Source: an uncultured virus (IMG/VR IMGVR_UViG_3300037067_021324) | Lineage: Duplodnaviria; Heunggongvirae; Uroviricota; Caudoviricetes | Strand: one strand, 5' to 3' | Virus record (IMG/VR): IMGVR_UViG_3300037067_021324 | Length of the DNA: 64,000 nt | In this document: in pieces, positions 50,655 through 60,152 of the stretch | Numbering within the stretch: position 1 is the first letter of the stretch | How the letters are laid out: every line of letters begins with the position of its first letter | The notes under the pieces: generated by a model | The model's database searches: none | The model's input: only the letters and a program-made list of their open reading frames with translations | What the model was told of the DNA's origin: nothing | Program-made: the position numbers and the translations under genes

Positions 50655-52175
50655 ATGTCTATTAAAAAAAAGAAAAAACTTTCTTCTGAAGAAGAATCTC
50701 AACTTAGTTTTATTAATACATTAGATAGAATTAATTATACTACTGAACAAAAAGATTTTGTTGATATGGTTGATGGCAAATCTTGTATTCTTGCTTCTAC
50801 AGCTGGAAGCGGGAAGTCATTCTGTGTGGTTCAAAGGCTCAAGGAACTTTTAAAAAGAGGGGTGCCTCCAAATAGAATGATTTTTTTTAGTTATACAAAA
50901 GTGGCCACTGAAGAACTGCAAAAAAGAATTGGCAGAGATGATGTAAAAATTACAACAATTCATGCATTCGCTTTGGGAATTTTAGCAAAAACTGGGAAAT
51001 TTAAAAACATTATTACATTTCATGATTTCATAAAATGGTATAAAGAAAAATATAAACCAGGGAAATCAGCTTCTTATGAAACTAAAAATGAGTTTTATGA
51101 ACTCATAGGAAATCTTTATGAAGAATCTGATTATATTTCTTCTGCAATATCAGCATATAAACTTCAAACTGCTGATAATATTAGGTGTCAAGTTCCATTA
51201 TTTTTAAATCAATATAGAGATTTTTTAAGAGAAACAAGAAGTAGGGATTTTTCTGATATGTTAATTGAAGTAAGAGACTTATTAAAAGAGGATAAATGGT
51301 TAAAAATGTTTAGAGGACAGTATGATTATATTTTTGTTGATGAATATCAAGATACAAGTACAATACAAATGCAGATACTTTTATCTTTAAATGCTAAGTA
51401 TTATTATATAATCGGAGACAGATATCAGGCAATTTTTGGATTCAGTGGGTCAAATTGTAGCAAAATTGAAGCTATGCTAAAATCAAGAAGAGAAACAATA
51501 GAAAAAAATTTAACTGTAAACTTTAGAAGTGATAAAAGTATAATTTCAAATTCTAACCGTTTTTCTCCACTCAAGGCGATATCAAATAGTAAAGATGAAG
51601 GATTTGTCAGAAAATATATAATCTTTCAAATAGAAGCACCTAAAGATGAAAAAAACAATAAAAAAAGCTTAGACTTAATAAGTGTGTTAGATTCATATTC
51701 AGAAGTTGCAATTTTAGCTAGAACAAATGCTGTGATAAAAAAATTAGAATTTGAATTACTAAAAAGAAAATATCCAATGAGATATTTTAATTATATAACC
51801 AATAATGATTTTATTGAATATAAAAAAGGTAATATTCATGTAAATTTGCAAGAAAGGTTAAATAAATTAAAACCTTTTTTTAATGATAGCGAAATGGAAA
51901 TTTTTACTTTTATTGAAACCAATAAAATGAGTAGAAAATTAGTCACTTCTATACATAAAAGCAAAGGAAGAGAGTTTGATTATTGCGTTGTAGTAAATTC
52001 TATCGACCCCGAATTAATATCAGAAGTTGGATTAGATAAAGTTTTATCTCCCAAACAACTTTCACGGTTAACATTTGATTTAATGGATGAAGATAATGTG
52101 GAACCAAGAAATATACATTATGTTGCTGTATCTAGAAGTAAGCATGGCTTATTCTATATGCTTTATGATTTTTAA
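50655..52175 (+). CDS. UvrD/Rep-like SF1 helicase (compact)
   Basis: STAGSGKS, TTIHAF, FVDEYQDT, IGDRYQAIFGF, NFRS, SIHKSKGREF, YVAVSR. Confidence 0.9.
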   Translation: MSIKKKKKLSSEEESQLSFINTLDRINYTTEQKDFVDMVDGKSCILASTAGSGKSFCVVQRLKELLKRGVPPNRMIFFSYTKVATEELQKRIGRDDVKITTIHAFALGILAKTGKFKNIITFHDFIKWYKEKYKPGKSASYETKNEFYELIGNLYEESDYISSAISAYKLQTADNIRCQVPLFLNQYRDFLRETRSRDFSDMLIEVRDLLKEDKWLKMFRGQYDYIFVDEYQDTSTIQMQILLSLNAKYYYIIGDRYQAIFGFSGSNCSKIEAMLKSRRETIEKNLTVNFRSDKSIISNSNRFSPLKAISNSKDEGFVRKYIIFQIEAPKDEKNNKKSLDLISVLDSYSEVAILARTNAVIKKLEFELLKRKYPMRYFNYITNNDFIEYKKGNIHVNLQERLNKLKPFFNDSEMEIFTFIETNKMSRKLVTSIHKSKGREFDYCVVVNSIDPELISEVGLDKVLSPKQLSRLTFDLMDEDNVEPRNIHYVAVSRSKHGLFYMLYDF

Positions 52176-52195
52176 ACATATTTATTTAAAAAAAT

Positions 52196-52663
52196 ATGGA
52201 ACAAAAAATTATAGCAGCCGGATTAATAGCAGTTTGCCCAGAAACTGGTAGGTTTTTATTATTAAAAAGAAGAGAAGATATAGAATATCCAGGTTATTGG
52301 AATTTACCAGGAGGTAGTTTTGACGAAAAAGACAAATATCCAAAAATTACAGCAATTAGGGAATTTAGGGAGGAAACTGGATATAATGGAATAGTTAAAA
52401 TATCAAAATCACCTTTATATATTGATAGAAGTAATTGCTTGGATTTTTATACATATGTTGGAATTTTACCTTGGGAATTTATTCCATATTTAAAAGGAGA
52501 GTGTGCCCGTGGAGATGAAAGTTTAGATTATGGATGGTTTCCCGTTAATTGCAAGTGGGAATATAATGAAAAAATTATGCCTTCTATTATTACTGTGTTA
52601 AATTTGAAAAGAGAAATACTCGAAATTATTGTAAATAAATTTAAAGATAAGAATTTCGAATGA
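52196..52663 (+). CDS. NUDIX hydrolase
   Basis: WNLPGG....D.....TAIREFREETG. Confidence 0.88.
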   Translation: MEQKIIAAGLIAVCPETGRFLLLKRREDIEYPGYWNLPGGSFDEKDKYPKITAIREFREETGYNGIVKISKSPLYIDRSNCLDFYTYVGILPWEFIPYLKGECARGDESLDYGWFPVNCKWEYNEKIMPSIITVLNLKREILEIIVNKFKDKNFE

Positions 52664-53808
52664 TGGGAAACATTGAATTAAAGTCAAAAATTATAAATGA
52701 TGATTATACACAATATGTATATGAAACATTTGATATTCAAAACAAAGAGGAAACTTCTGTTTCTATTCCTATGAACCTATCAGAAATAGCAGATTTTAAA
52801 TGGAATATTGGTGTTATTTTAGGTGGAAGTGGGAGCGGAAAAACTACTATTTTGAAAGAAATGGGAGATTTAAAAAAACCAAATTTTAATGCTGAAAAAC
52901 CTTTGATAAGTAATTTTAGTTGGCTATCCCCCCAAAATGCAGCGTTGGTGTTGACATCTATGGGATTATCGTCTGTTCCAACTTGGCTAAGGCCATTTTC
53001 TATATTAAGCAATGGTGAACAATATAGAGCAGTATTATCTTATTTAGTTGCCAACGCAAAAAAGGACGAAACTATATTAGTTGATGAATACACTTCTGTT
53101 GTTGATAGGGATGTCGCAAAAGCTATGAGTTATGCTTTGCAAAAATATGTACGTAGAGAAAATAAAAGTATAATATTAGCAAGTTGTCATTATGATATTT
53201 TGGATTGGCTAATGCCTGATTGGACTTATTCTTTACAAAACGGAGGCGTACTCGAAAGAGGCGACTGGCTTCGGCAAGGAAGGCCAAAAATCGAACTTCA
53301 AGTTAGTAGGGTCGAATTTGAGACTTGGAACTTCTTTAAAAAACATCATTATTTGACTGAAAATGTAAATAAAAGTTGCAAGTTTTTATTATTTGAATGG
53401 AATGATAAGCCTGTTGGAATTGTTGCGTCATTAAATAGTCCTGGTGCAAGTAGAGCAAATGCTGTTTCTTTAAGTAGAACAGTTGTTTTACCAGATTATC
53501 AAGGAATGGGAATAGGGCAAAAGATAAGTGATTTTACAGCTGCAATTTTGAAACAAAACAACCACAGAGTTTATACTAGAACTATAAATCCAGCATTAGG
53601 AATATACCGTAGTAAATCTTTGTTGTGGAAGGCAACTGGCACAAATGGAAAAGATGCAAATTTAGGAAAAAGAACAAGGGAAGACGGGAAACAAGCAGCT
53701 GATAGAAAAAATAGAGTGAGTTATAGTTTTGAATATATTGGAGCTCCATTGGGGGGATATGAAGAATTATTAAAGCCAGTAAAAGAATTAAGAAAATTAA
53801 AATTATAA
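52660..53808 (+). CDS. ABC-type ATPase fused to GNAT acetyltransferase
   Basis: GGSGSGKT, LSNGEQYR, LVDEYTS, ASCH; then FKKHHYL and RTVVLPDYQGMGIG (acetyl-CoA motif). Confidence 0.85.
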   Translation: MMGNIELKSKIINDDYTQYVYETFDIQNKEETSVSIPMNLSEIADFKWNIGVILGGSGSGKTTILKEMGDLKKPNFNAEKPLISNFSWLSPQNAALVLTSMGLSSVPTWLRPFSILSNGEQYRAVLSYLVANAKKDETILVDEYTSVVDRDVAKAMSYALQKYVRRENKSIILASCHYDILDWLMPDWTYSLQNGGVLERGDWLRQGRPKIELQVSRVEFETWNFFKKHHYLTENVNKSCKFLLFEWNDKPVGIVASLNSPGASRANAVSLSRTVVLPDYQGMGIGQKISDFTAAILKQNNHRVYTRTINPALGIYRSKSLLWKATGTNGKDANLGKRTREDGKQAADRKNRVSYSFEYIGAPLGGYEELLKPVKELRKLKL

Positions 53809-53811
53809 GTT

Positions 53812-54072
53812 ATGGATGAACAATTTTTAAAAAAAACGGAACAAATGTTTGAAGAAAAGTTAGAATATGAAGAAGTTCCAATTATTCGAGTGAAAAGTTT
53901 AAAGGATAATAAAATACTCGAAAACCTTAATTATGAAAAATTATTGAGATTTGATTCTGAATTAAATATGTATAAATTGCAGAATGATGGAACTTGGGTA
54001 TTGATAAATAATCCAGATTTTAAACCAGTAATTATTTATAAAGAGAATTTTATAAAAAAACCTTCTTTTTAA
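53812..54072 (+). CDS. Hypothetical protein
   Basis: Last ORF of the operon before the convergent terminator. Confidence 0.55.
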   Translation: MDEQFLKKTEQMFEEKLEYEEVPIIRVKSLKDNKILENLNYEKLLRFDSELNMYKLQNDGTWVLINNPDFKPVIIYKENFIKKPSF

Positions 54073-54083
54073 CAGAAGGTTTT
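54056..54083. terminator. Bidirectional terminator between convergent genes
   Basis: AAAAACCTTCT-TTTTAAC-AGAAGGTTTT. Confidence 0.7.
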
Positions 54084-54279
54084 AATTTTGCTTTATTTCA
54101 TCCATTGCAGTTTGTGCTAAAATATATTGAAGTGCCTCATCACTGACCTCAAAATATAATAATAATGTATTTGGATTACTTCCAAATTTTATATAATCTT
54201 CAGCATCTTTTCTGCTTTTTATTTTTCCTTTTCCAAGTTTTATTTGTTCTGCAAATTTTTTTATATCAAATGATTTCAT
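54082..54279 (-). CDS. Small hypothetical protein
   Basis: ORF with its own AAC..CGTATA motif upstream. Confidence 0.6.
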   Translation of the reverse strand: MKSFDIKKFAEQIKLGKGKIKSRKDAEDYIKFGSNPNTLLLYFEVSDEALQYILAQTAMDEIKQN

Positions 54280-54320
54280 AAAATATTTTTTAATATATAC
54301 GAAAAAAATATAAAAAAGTT

Positions 54321-55853
54321 TTATTTAATAAAATTTTTCATTAGCATATTTCTTATAAATTTTCTTGCCTCTTGTAGTTTATCATTTGGATTTTTTGTTG
54401 TAGATGCTTTTGCAATATTTAAAATATCATTAAATGAAAAAGTTTCATCGCCTTCTCCTTCATTTAATAATTCTTCATTTATTGTGTCTTCGTTTAATTG
54501 ACTATTTATTTCAACTAATTCTTTTTCAGGAACCTCAACTTTAGAAGAAGATGATTTAACTTTTAATAAGTTATTTAAATATTCTATTCCAGTAAAAGGT
54601 TGATTAGTTCGTGGGTTAATTAATCCAGAATTTATAACCAAATCATTAAGGTCGTTATTTCTTTTTGCATTTCTTAAAAATAAGTTTTGAATATCTTTTC
54701 TGATTCTTTTTAATAAAATCATAGGAGTTCTTTTGGTGCCTCTTGCATTCTTTAATAGAAATATTACTAAATCATTTGTAATCACTAGATTGCCATTTTC
54801 GTCAAATGAATTTGGGTATTTTAATTTAAATTCTTCTCCCATTTGAGGGGTTTCTCTAAAAAATTCAATAGCAGCACTTTTAACTTTTTTGCTAATATCA
54901 TTTTTTAAAGCATCAGGTAAAGTTCCATCAAGATATTTTTGTAAAATATCTTTGTGATTTAATGTTCTTCCAAAAACTTTATTATCTCCTCCTTCTCCTA
55001 TAATTTTATAATAAAAGAATTGGCCAAAAACATCCTTATTCATAGGGCTTGAAGAATTTTCAATTAAATTTTTGATGTCATTATTTAATTTTAATATCAC
55101 AGAAATTTTTTGTCCAACTTCTGGCTCATATGGTTCTTCATCAGAAATTCCAGATAAATTATAGTTTCCATAAGAAAGAACTTCTTCTTCATCTCCTCCA
55201 GCCATTATATCAGACCTATTTTTATTACCATCTCCTATTGGTTCATCTAAAGATGAATTACCTTTTTTTATAACCATCTTTCTTAAGTCTCTTATTGGAT
55301 ATCTTAATTTTGTTTGCATATAATTAACAAAAGATGAGTTCGGCTTAGTAAAATAGCCAGTGGTTAAATATTTTTTTATAGTTTCTGGAGTTTCACTTAG
55401 GGCTTCTGATACTTTACCAATAACATCATAAGATTCTAATCTTTCTAGTTCATCAGCAGTTATTTTAAAATCTCCACCGTTTATAAATGAAGCAAATTTA
55501 TATAAATTATGAGATGGAAATAAAAAAACAACAATACCTTTTGCTATTTTATCTTCATCTACAGTGATGGTTTTTTTTGTTGTTGGAAAAGTAAAGTGCC
55601 CATTTTCTTGAGTTGCAATAGCATACATCAAGATTTCTAACATATAAGATGTTTTTTTAAAATCCAATAAGTCATTAGAAAAATTAAAATTTATTCTATC
55701 CCCTTTTGCGTTAATTTCTTCTGCCCAAGATTCTGCCGCTTTTTTTACTGACTCAGAATTTCCTATGTATTTTCCTACATATTCTAAATTTTCTTTGATT
55801 AAATAATTTTTCAGTAAAGTGCTCCTTATTAGTTTTCTTAATTGTTCTTTCAT
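54321..55853 (-). CDS. Large protein with divergent sigma70-like region 2/3.2 motifs
   Basis: SSFVNYMQTKLRYPIRDLRK...SSLDEPIGDG; leader MKEQLRKLIR..LIKE. Confidence 0.45.
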   Translation of the reverse strand: MKEQLRKLIRSTLLKNYLIKENLEYVGKYIGNSESVKKAAESWAEEINAKGDRINFNFSNDLLDFKKTSYMLEILMYAIATQENGHFTFPTTKKTITVDEDKIAKGIVVFLFPSHNLYKFASFINGGDFKITADELERLESYDVIGKVSEALSETPETIKKYLTTGYFTKPNSSFVNYMQTKLRYPIRDLRKMVIKKGNSSLDEPIGDGNKNRSDIMAGGDEEEVLSYGNYNLSGISDEEPYEPEVGQKISVILKLNNDIKNLIENSSSPMNKDVFGQFFYYKIIGEGGDNKVFGRTLNHKDILQKYLDGTLPDALKNDISKKVKSAAIEFFRETPQMGEEFKLKYPNSFDENGNLVITNDLVIFLLKNARGTKRTPMILLKRIRKDIQNLFLRNAKRNNDLNDLVINSGLINPRTNQPFTGIEYLNNLLKVKSSSSKVEVPEKELVEINSQLNEDTINEELLNEGEGDETFSFNDILNIAKASTTKNPNDKLQEARKFIRNMLMKNFIK

Positions 55854-58576
55854 TATATTAAAATTTTTTTAATAAAATTTTGTTTGATTTTTAATAAATA
55901 GTTGTTAATTTCGTCAATTGAATAATTTTTATTTTCTAATTGTATATTTACTCCAGAAATTCCAGAAAAAATTTTTGATAATCTCCTTAATTCTTGTGGT
56001 CTTCTGCTAGCAAGTAATTCTTTTACTTTTTTTTCGACATCAAAAGAAGATTTAATAGATTCAATTAATTTAGATTTTTTATTAATTATATAACTTGATT
56101 TTATTGTATTTTCAGAATTAAAATAATTTATAACATCTTCTCCAGGAGATTTTAATGTAATAAATTTATTTATCATTTCAGGGTTTAATTGCCCTTGTGT
56201 TTCAATAAGTGCTGTTCTTACTTGAAAAGGTATTTTTTCTATTTCTTTTAAATGAAAGATTTGGCCTGCAGATGGCTTATATAATTTAATATTAAAAAAT
56301 CGTTCTGCTATAAAATTTATAGTATCTTCCATCAAAGCATTTTCTCTTCCAGATGTATATACCATTTTTTTTCTTTTTTCTTCTTTTTTTGCTTTATGTA
56401 AATTAAAATCTGCAATTGCATATCCTACTTGTTGCCAGACTGAATCGTCATCACTAAAAGTATAAATTGGCTTTGGGTACATATTTTTTGTATCAGCTGA
56501 TATTTGAGTTTTCTTTTTTTCTTCTTCTTGCTGTTTTTTAAATTCATTTTTTAGATATGGAACTACACCTTTTAACAATTCTCTTGCCTCTTTATATTTA
56601 TAAATTACATATGGTTCTAATTCAGCTACTAACCCTTTACCAATATCTCTATTGTTAAAAAATAAAGAATATGTTAATAAATCACCTTTATTTTTCCTAT
56701 TTAATTTATCTGCTTCTTTTAATGCTTCTTCTTTATCTATTTTTTCAGAGGCGGTTGTCTCTGGCATTGTGTTTATATATTTCTTAATAAAGTTTTGAAT
56801 AGCTTCAGTTGGGATTTTTTGTTTTATAACGGGTAAATTCTTTGCAAATTCTGCTTGATAAAAATATAAGGCTTTTCCCATATCTCTTTCAAAAGCATCT
56901 TGTAATTCTTCTTCAGAATATATATTGTATTCGGTTCCATCATCTTCTTTTTCTTTAATTTTTCTATATTCTTGTGTCTCTTTTAATTTATCATTTGAAA
57001 AAGACATTTTAGAAATACTTTTATAAAAATCATACAATTCTTTAAACATATTATCTCTAGCCTCTCCAGTTGCCTTTTTTGCATACACATCATAAACTTC
57101 TTCTCCAGTTTCTTCTGGCCATACATCGGCAAATTTTTTAACAGACTTTAGAGCTCCAATATTTTTTAATAATTGTCTAGATTGTGATGTTAATTCTGAA
57201 ATAAAAGAATATGGAATTTCCCCTTTTATAGATTTAATTGTATTAAAGAAATTAAATAATTCTTCAGGAGAAAAGAATTCATAAGTAAAAGTCCCGTCTT
57301 TTTGATTTATTAGAGTACAATAATCTTCAATATTTACTACAGCTTCTGACTTCGTTTTTTCAGTTCTTATTTTGGGAATTATTGTTTCTAAGGGTTTTTT
57401 AAAACTTAATGTATTATATTTCATTTCAGATATTGTAAAAGCAATGTCCCTAGTATTAACAAATTCTATATTTGTTATTTTTTTAATTTCATCTATAACT
57501 GAATTTCTTGCAACTGATATTGCCCAAGCCCCAAAGTTTTGTCTAGCTACATCATATTTGTTTTCTACAGTTAGCCCATCTTTTATTTTGTCCCATGCAG
57601 TGTCTTGTATAATTTTGAATTCAGTATCATTTGGATTTAAATTAAATTTTCTACCAGTTAAAGTTGTAATCATCGGGAATAAAGCACTAGTATAAAAATC
57701 TTTTAATGTAGCTAAAGCTAATCCAGCATAATGATTATTCCCAAATAGCATTTCTTCTAATTCATCCTTTGGCTTATTTGCGGCGACTCTTGATAAAAAT
57801 TGTATTTGCCAAAATCCTTGTGGAGTCAATTTCAACTCATTATCTTTTGCATTAAGTTTTTCTGAAATAGAAGCTTTTTGATTTTTTGTGTTTGGATATA
57901 AATTCTTTTTTAATGATTCTATTGATGGAATGATTTCTTGCAATTCTTTATATGCACCTATTTTTTCTAAATATTTTCTTTTTGAGTCTAAATCTAAAAA
58001 TTTATCAAGTTCTCCATTTATATTTACTTTTTTAATTTTGTCTGTTAAAAAAATATTTGCTCTTTTTATAATATTTTTAGATATTAAATTCAAAGCCTGT
58101 TCAAGATTAACTAGATTGGAATTGCTGAATTCTGGAGCAATTTGTTTTGTTATATCTTTAATAATTTCTTGCTGTTTTTTTTGCAAAACTTCAATAGAAT
58201 CAATACTTCCAGGAGAAAACAATTTCATTTCATATGCTTTTCTTAAATAAAGAATTTGATATATATTATATAATAATTTTTGATATATTTCTCCATTTCC
58301 TATCAGCATAGACACTTTCATTGGAAATGATAAATAGTCTTTTTCTAAAGTTTTTAAGTAATCACTATTTGCCTTTTGAATATCAATTGATGTTTGTTCT
58401 AAATCAGAATCAAGTTCTTTTTCTTTTTTTTCATTTGTCTTTTCTTCATCTTCTTCATTATTAACTTCAGAAGTTGATTCTTTTGATGGTTTCTTATTTT
58501 CCATTAAAGAATTGTTTATTCCAGCCAAAAACAACATCTTATTTAATTCTTCAGTTAATTTTATATTTTCTCTCAT
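55853..58576 (-). CDS. Giant protein with embedded ECF-type sigma70 region 2
   Basis: ALATLKDFYTSALF..IIQDTAWDKI..KYDVARQNFGAWAISVARNSVIDEIKK. Confidence 0.6.
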   Translation of the reverse strand: MRENIKLTEELNKMLFLAGINNSLMENKKPSKESTSEVNNEEDEEKTNEKKEKELDSDLEQTSIDIQKANSDYLKTLEKDYLSFPMKVSMLIGNGEIYQKLLYNIYQILYLRKAYEMKLFSPGSIDSIEVLQKKQQEIIKDITKQIAPEFSNSNLVNLEQALNLISKNIIKRANIFLTDKIKKVNINGELDKFLDLDSKRKYLEKIGAYKELQEIIPSIESLKKNLYPNTKNQKASISEKLNAKDNELKLTPQGFWQIQFLSRVAANKPKDELEEMLFGNNHYAGLALATLKDFYTSALFPMITTLTGRKFNLNPNDTEFKIIQDTAWDKIKDGLTVENKYDVARQNFGAWAISVARNSVIDEIKKITNIEFVNTRDIAFTISEMKYNTLSFKKPLETIIPKIRTEKTKSEAVVNIEDYCTLINQKDGTFTYEFFSPEELFNFFNTIKSIKGEIPYSFISELTSQSRQLLKNIGALKSVKKFADVWPEETGEEVYDVYAKKATGEARDNMFKELYDFYKSISKMSFSNDKLKETQEYRKIKEKEDDGTEYNIYSEEELQDAFERDMGKALYFYQAEFAKNLPVIKQKIPTEAIQNFIKKYINTMPETTASEKIDKEEALKEADKLNRKNKGDLLTYSLFFNNRDIGKGLVAELEPYVIYKYKEARELLKGVVPYLKNEFKKQQEEEKKKTQISADTKNMYPKPIYTFSDDDSVWQQVGYAIADFNLHKAKKEEKRKKMVYTSGRENALMEDTINFIAERFFNIKLYKPSAGQIFHLKEIEKIPFQVRTALIETQGQLNPEMINKFITLKSPGEDVINYFNSENTIKSSYIINKKSKLIESIKSSFDVEKKVKELLASRRPQELRRLSKIFSGISGVNIQLENKNYSIDEINNYLLKIKQNFIKKILI

Positions 58577-58654
58577 GACAGAACAGTTTCTTTATAAATA
58601 TTTGGAAAATATAAAAAAATATATTTAAAATTAAATAAAAAAGAATGATAAAGT

Positions 58655-58685
58655 TTTGTTATTTTAAAAAAAAGTAATATATTTG
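58655..58685 (+). promoter_or_regulatory. Bacteroidota sigma-A type promoter TTTG-N19-TATATTTG
   Basis: Consensus match upstream of ssb. Confidence 0.7.
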
Positions 58686-58724
58686 CTTTTGAAATTTTAT
58701 TATTAATAATTAAAATTAAATTCT

Positions 58725-59420
58725 ATGAATGGAATAAATGAAGTATGGTTACTTGGTACCGTGGGGTCAGACCCAGAAACCAAAACTTTTGAAAATGCCA
58801 GAGTAAGTTCATTTCGTATGGCTACAAATGAAAAGTATACTGATAAGACTGGTGAAAAAAAAGAAATAACAGAATGGCATAACATTGAAGGTTGGAATTA
58901 TTTATCTGACACAATTTCAAATTATGTAAAAAAAGGAACTCCTATTGCTATAAGAGGTAAAATAAAAACTGACTCTTATGATGATAAAGATGGTAAAAAA
59001 GTTTACAGAACAAAAATTGTTGCAGATAATATTAATCTTATTCCAAATGGTAAACCTGCTCAGCAACCTGTTCAGCAACCTGTTCAGCAACCTGTTCAGC
59101 AACCCGTTCAGCAACCTGTAAGACAGCCTAATTATCAGCAACAGCCTAATTATCAGCAACAGCCTAATTATCAGCAACAGCCTAATTATCAGCAACAGCC
59201 TAATTATCAGCAACAGCCTAATTATCAGCAACAGCCTATTCAGCAGCCTATTCAGCAGCCTATTCAGCAGCAACCTGCAAGACAACAAAACTACCAAAAT
59301 CCTGTAGGCAATTTTCAACAGCCTATTAATTCACAAGTTGTAATTCAAGCTAAACAAGAAGTTGAAAAATATGTTACTGACGAACAATTTCGTAATATGC
59401 CAGATGATTTACCATTTTAA
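58725..59420 (+). CDS. ssb: Single-stranded DNA-binding protein with Q-rich repeat linker
   Basis: NEVWLLGTVGSDPE, ATNE.Y.DK.GE..E.TEWHNI, KKG..I.I.GKIKT, C-terminal DDLPF. Confidence 0.95.
   Translation: MNGINEVWLLGTVGSDPETKTFENARVSSFRMATNEKYTDKTGEKKEITEWHNIEGWNYLSDTISNYVKKGTPIAIRGKIKTDSYDDKDGKKVYRTKIVADNINLIPNGKPAQQPVQQPVQQPVQQPVQQPVRQPNYQQQPNYQQQPNYQQQPNYQQQPNYQQQPNYQQQPIQQPIQQPIQQQPARQQNYQNPVGNFQQPINSQVVIQAKQEVEKYVTDEQFRNMPDDLPF
59061..59267 (+). repeat. Three adjacent tandem arrays: 12 bp x5 (QQPV), 18 bp x6 (QPNYQQ), 12 bp x3 (QPIQ)
   Basis: Units CAGCAACCTGTT, CAGCCTAATTATCAGCAA and CAGCCTATTCAG, read directly. Confidence 0.92.
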
Positions 59421-59436
59421 TTTGTTTTTTAAAAAT

Positions 59437-59466
59437 AAAAAGCTCTACAATTGTAGAGCTTTTTTT
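59437..59466 (+). terminator. Terminator formed by a perfect palindrome
   Basis: AAAAAGCTCTACAATTGTAGAGCTTTTT followed by more T. Confidence 0.75.
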
Positions 59467-59525
59467 ATTTTATAGTTTTAATAAAGTAATATTTTTTAAT
59501 ATTTATATATAAATTATATTACACC

Positions 59526-60107
59526 ATGGAAATAGAAAAACAAATACGTTTATTAATACGTGAAATTGTAGGTAAGCATGTTGAGGAAGAAAGAATCCCA
59601 AATCCAGAAGCTGGTGAATATGTAGATAGAAAAGAAAATTTTCTTGGGTCTCATGCATATGGAGAAAATATAGGAGATTTAAATAAAATGTATGTTGCAT
59701 ACTCTTATGGAGAGCAGCATCCATTATTTGTTTGGGTTGATAAAGAAGAATTTAAGGACTTAAGACCACATGAAGCAAAAAATTTAACAGAAGGTGGAGA
59801 CGATGAAAAAAAACACACACATCTTTATAGTAATGAGATTGCTCATGAAAAAATTGGAGATAAAGAAGTTGATTTAGGTTATAAAAAAGGTCCATGGTTT
59901 TATAATGAAAAGCCTTATTATGTAAGAGATAAAAAAGGAAGATTAATCCCAAATAAATGGACATATAAGCATTTAAAAGATTTAAAGCCGAATGAAAAAA
60001 CTCAAGCTAGAGACACTACTTACTTACAAAAGTTAATTGGAGATTTTAAAAAAAAATATCATATTGGAGATAATTCACATACAAATCTTCATCCAGGAGA
60101 AAAATAA
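59526..60107 (+). CDS. Hypothetical protein with IRLLIREIV leader
   Basis: TATTTATA upstream; YVAYSYG..HPLF core. Confidence 0.6.
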   Translation: MEIEKQIRLLIREIVGKHVEEERIPNPEAGEYVDRKENFLGSHAYGENIGDLNKMYVAYSYGEQHPLFVWVDKEEFKDLRPHEAKNLTEGGDDEKKHTHLYSNEIAHEKIGDKEVDLGYKKGPWFYNEKPYYVRDKKGRLIPNKWTYKHLKDLKPNEKTQARDTTYLQKLIGDFKKKYHIGDNSHTNLHPGEK

Positions 60108-60152
60108 TAACTATTTATTTATATTATAATAATTTTTTATTATTTTTGTTCT

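Noticed and set aside
58917..59318. Minus-strand Leu/Ile/Arg repeat ORF
   Set aside because: Mirror of the SSB Gln-rich repeats.
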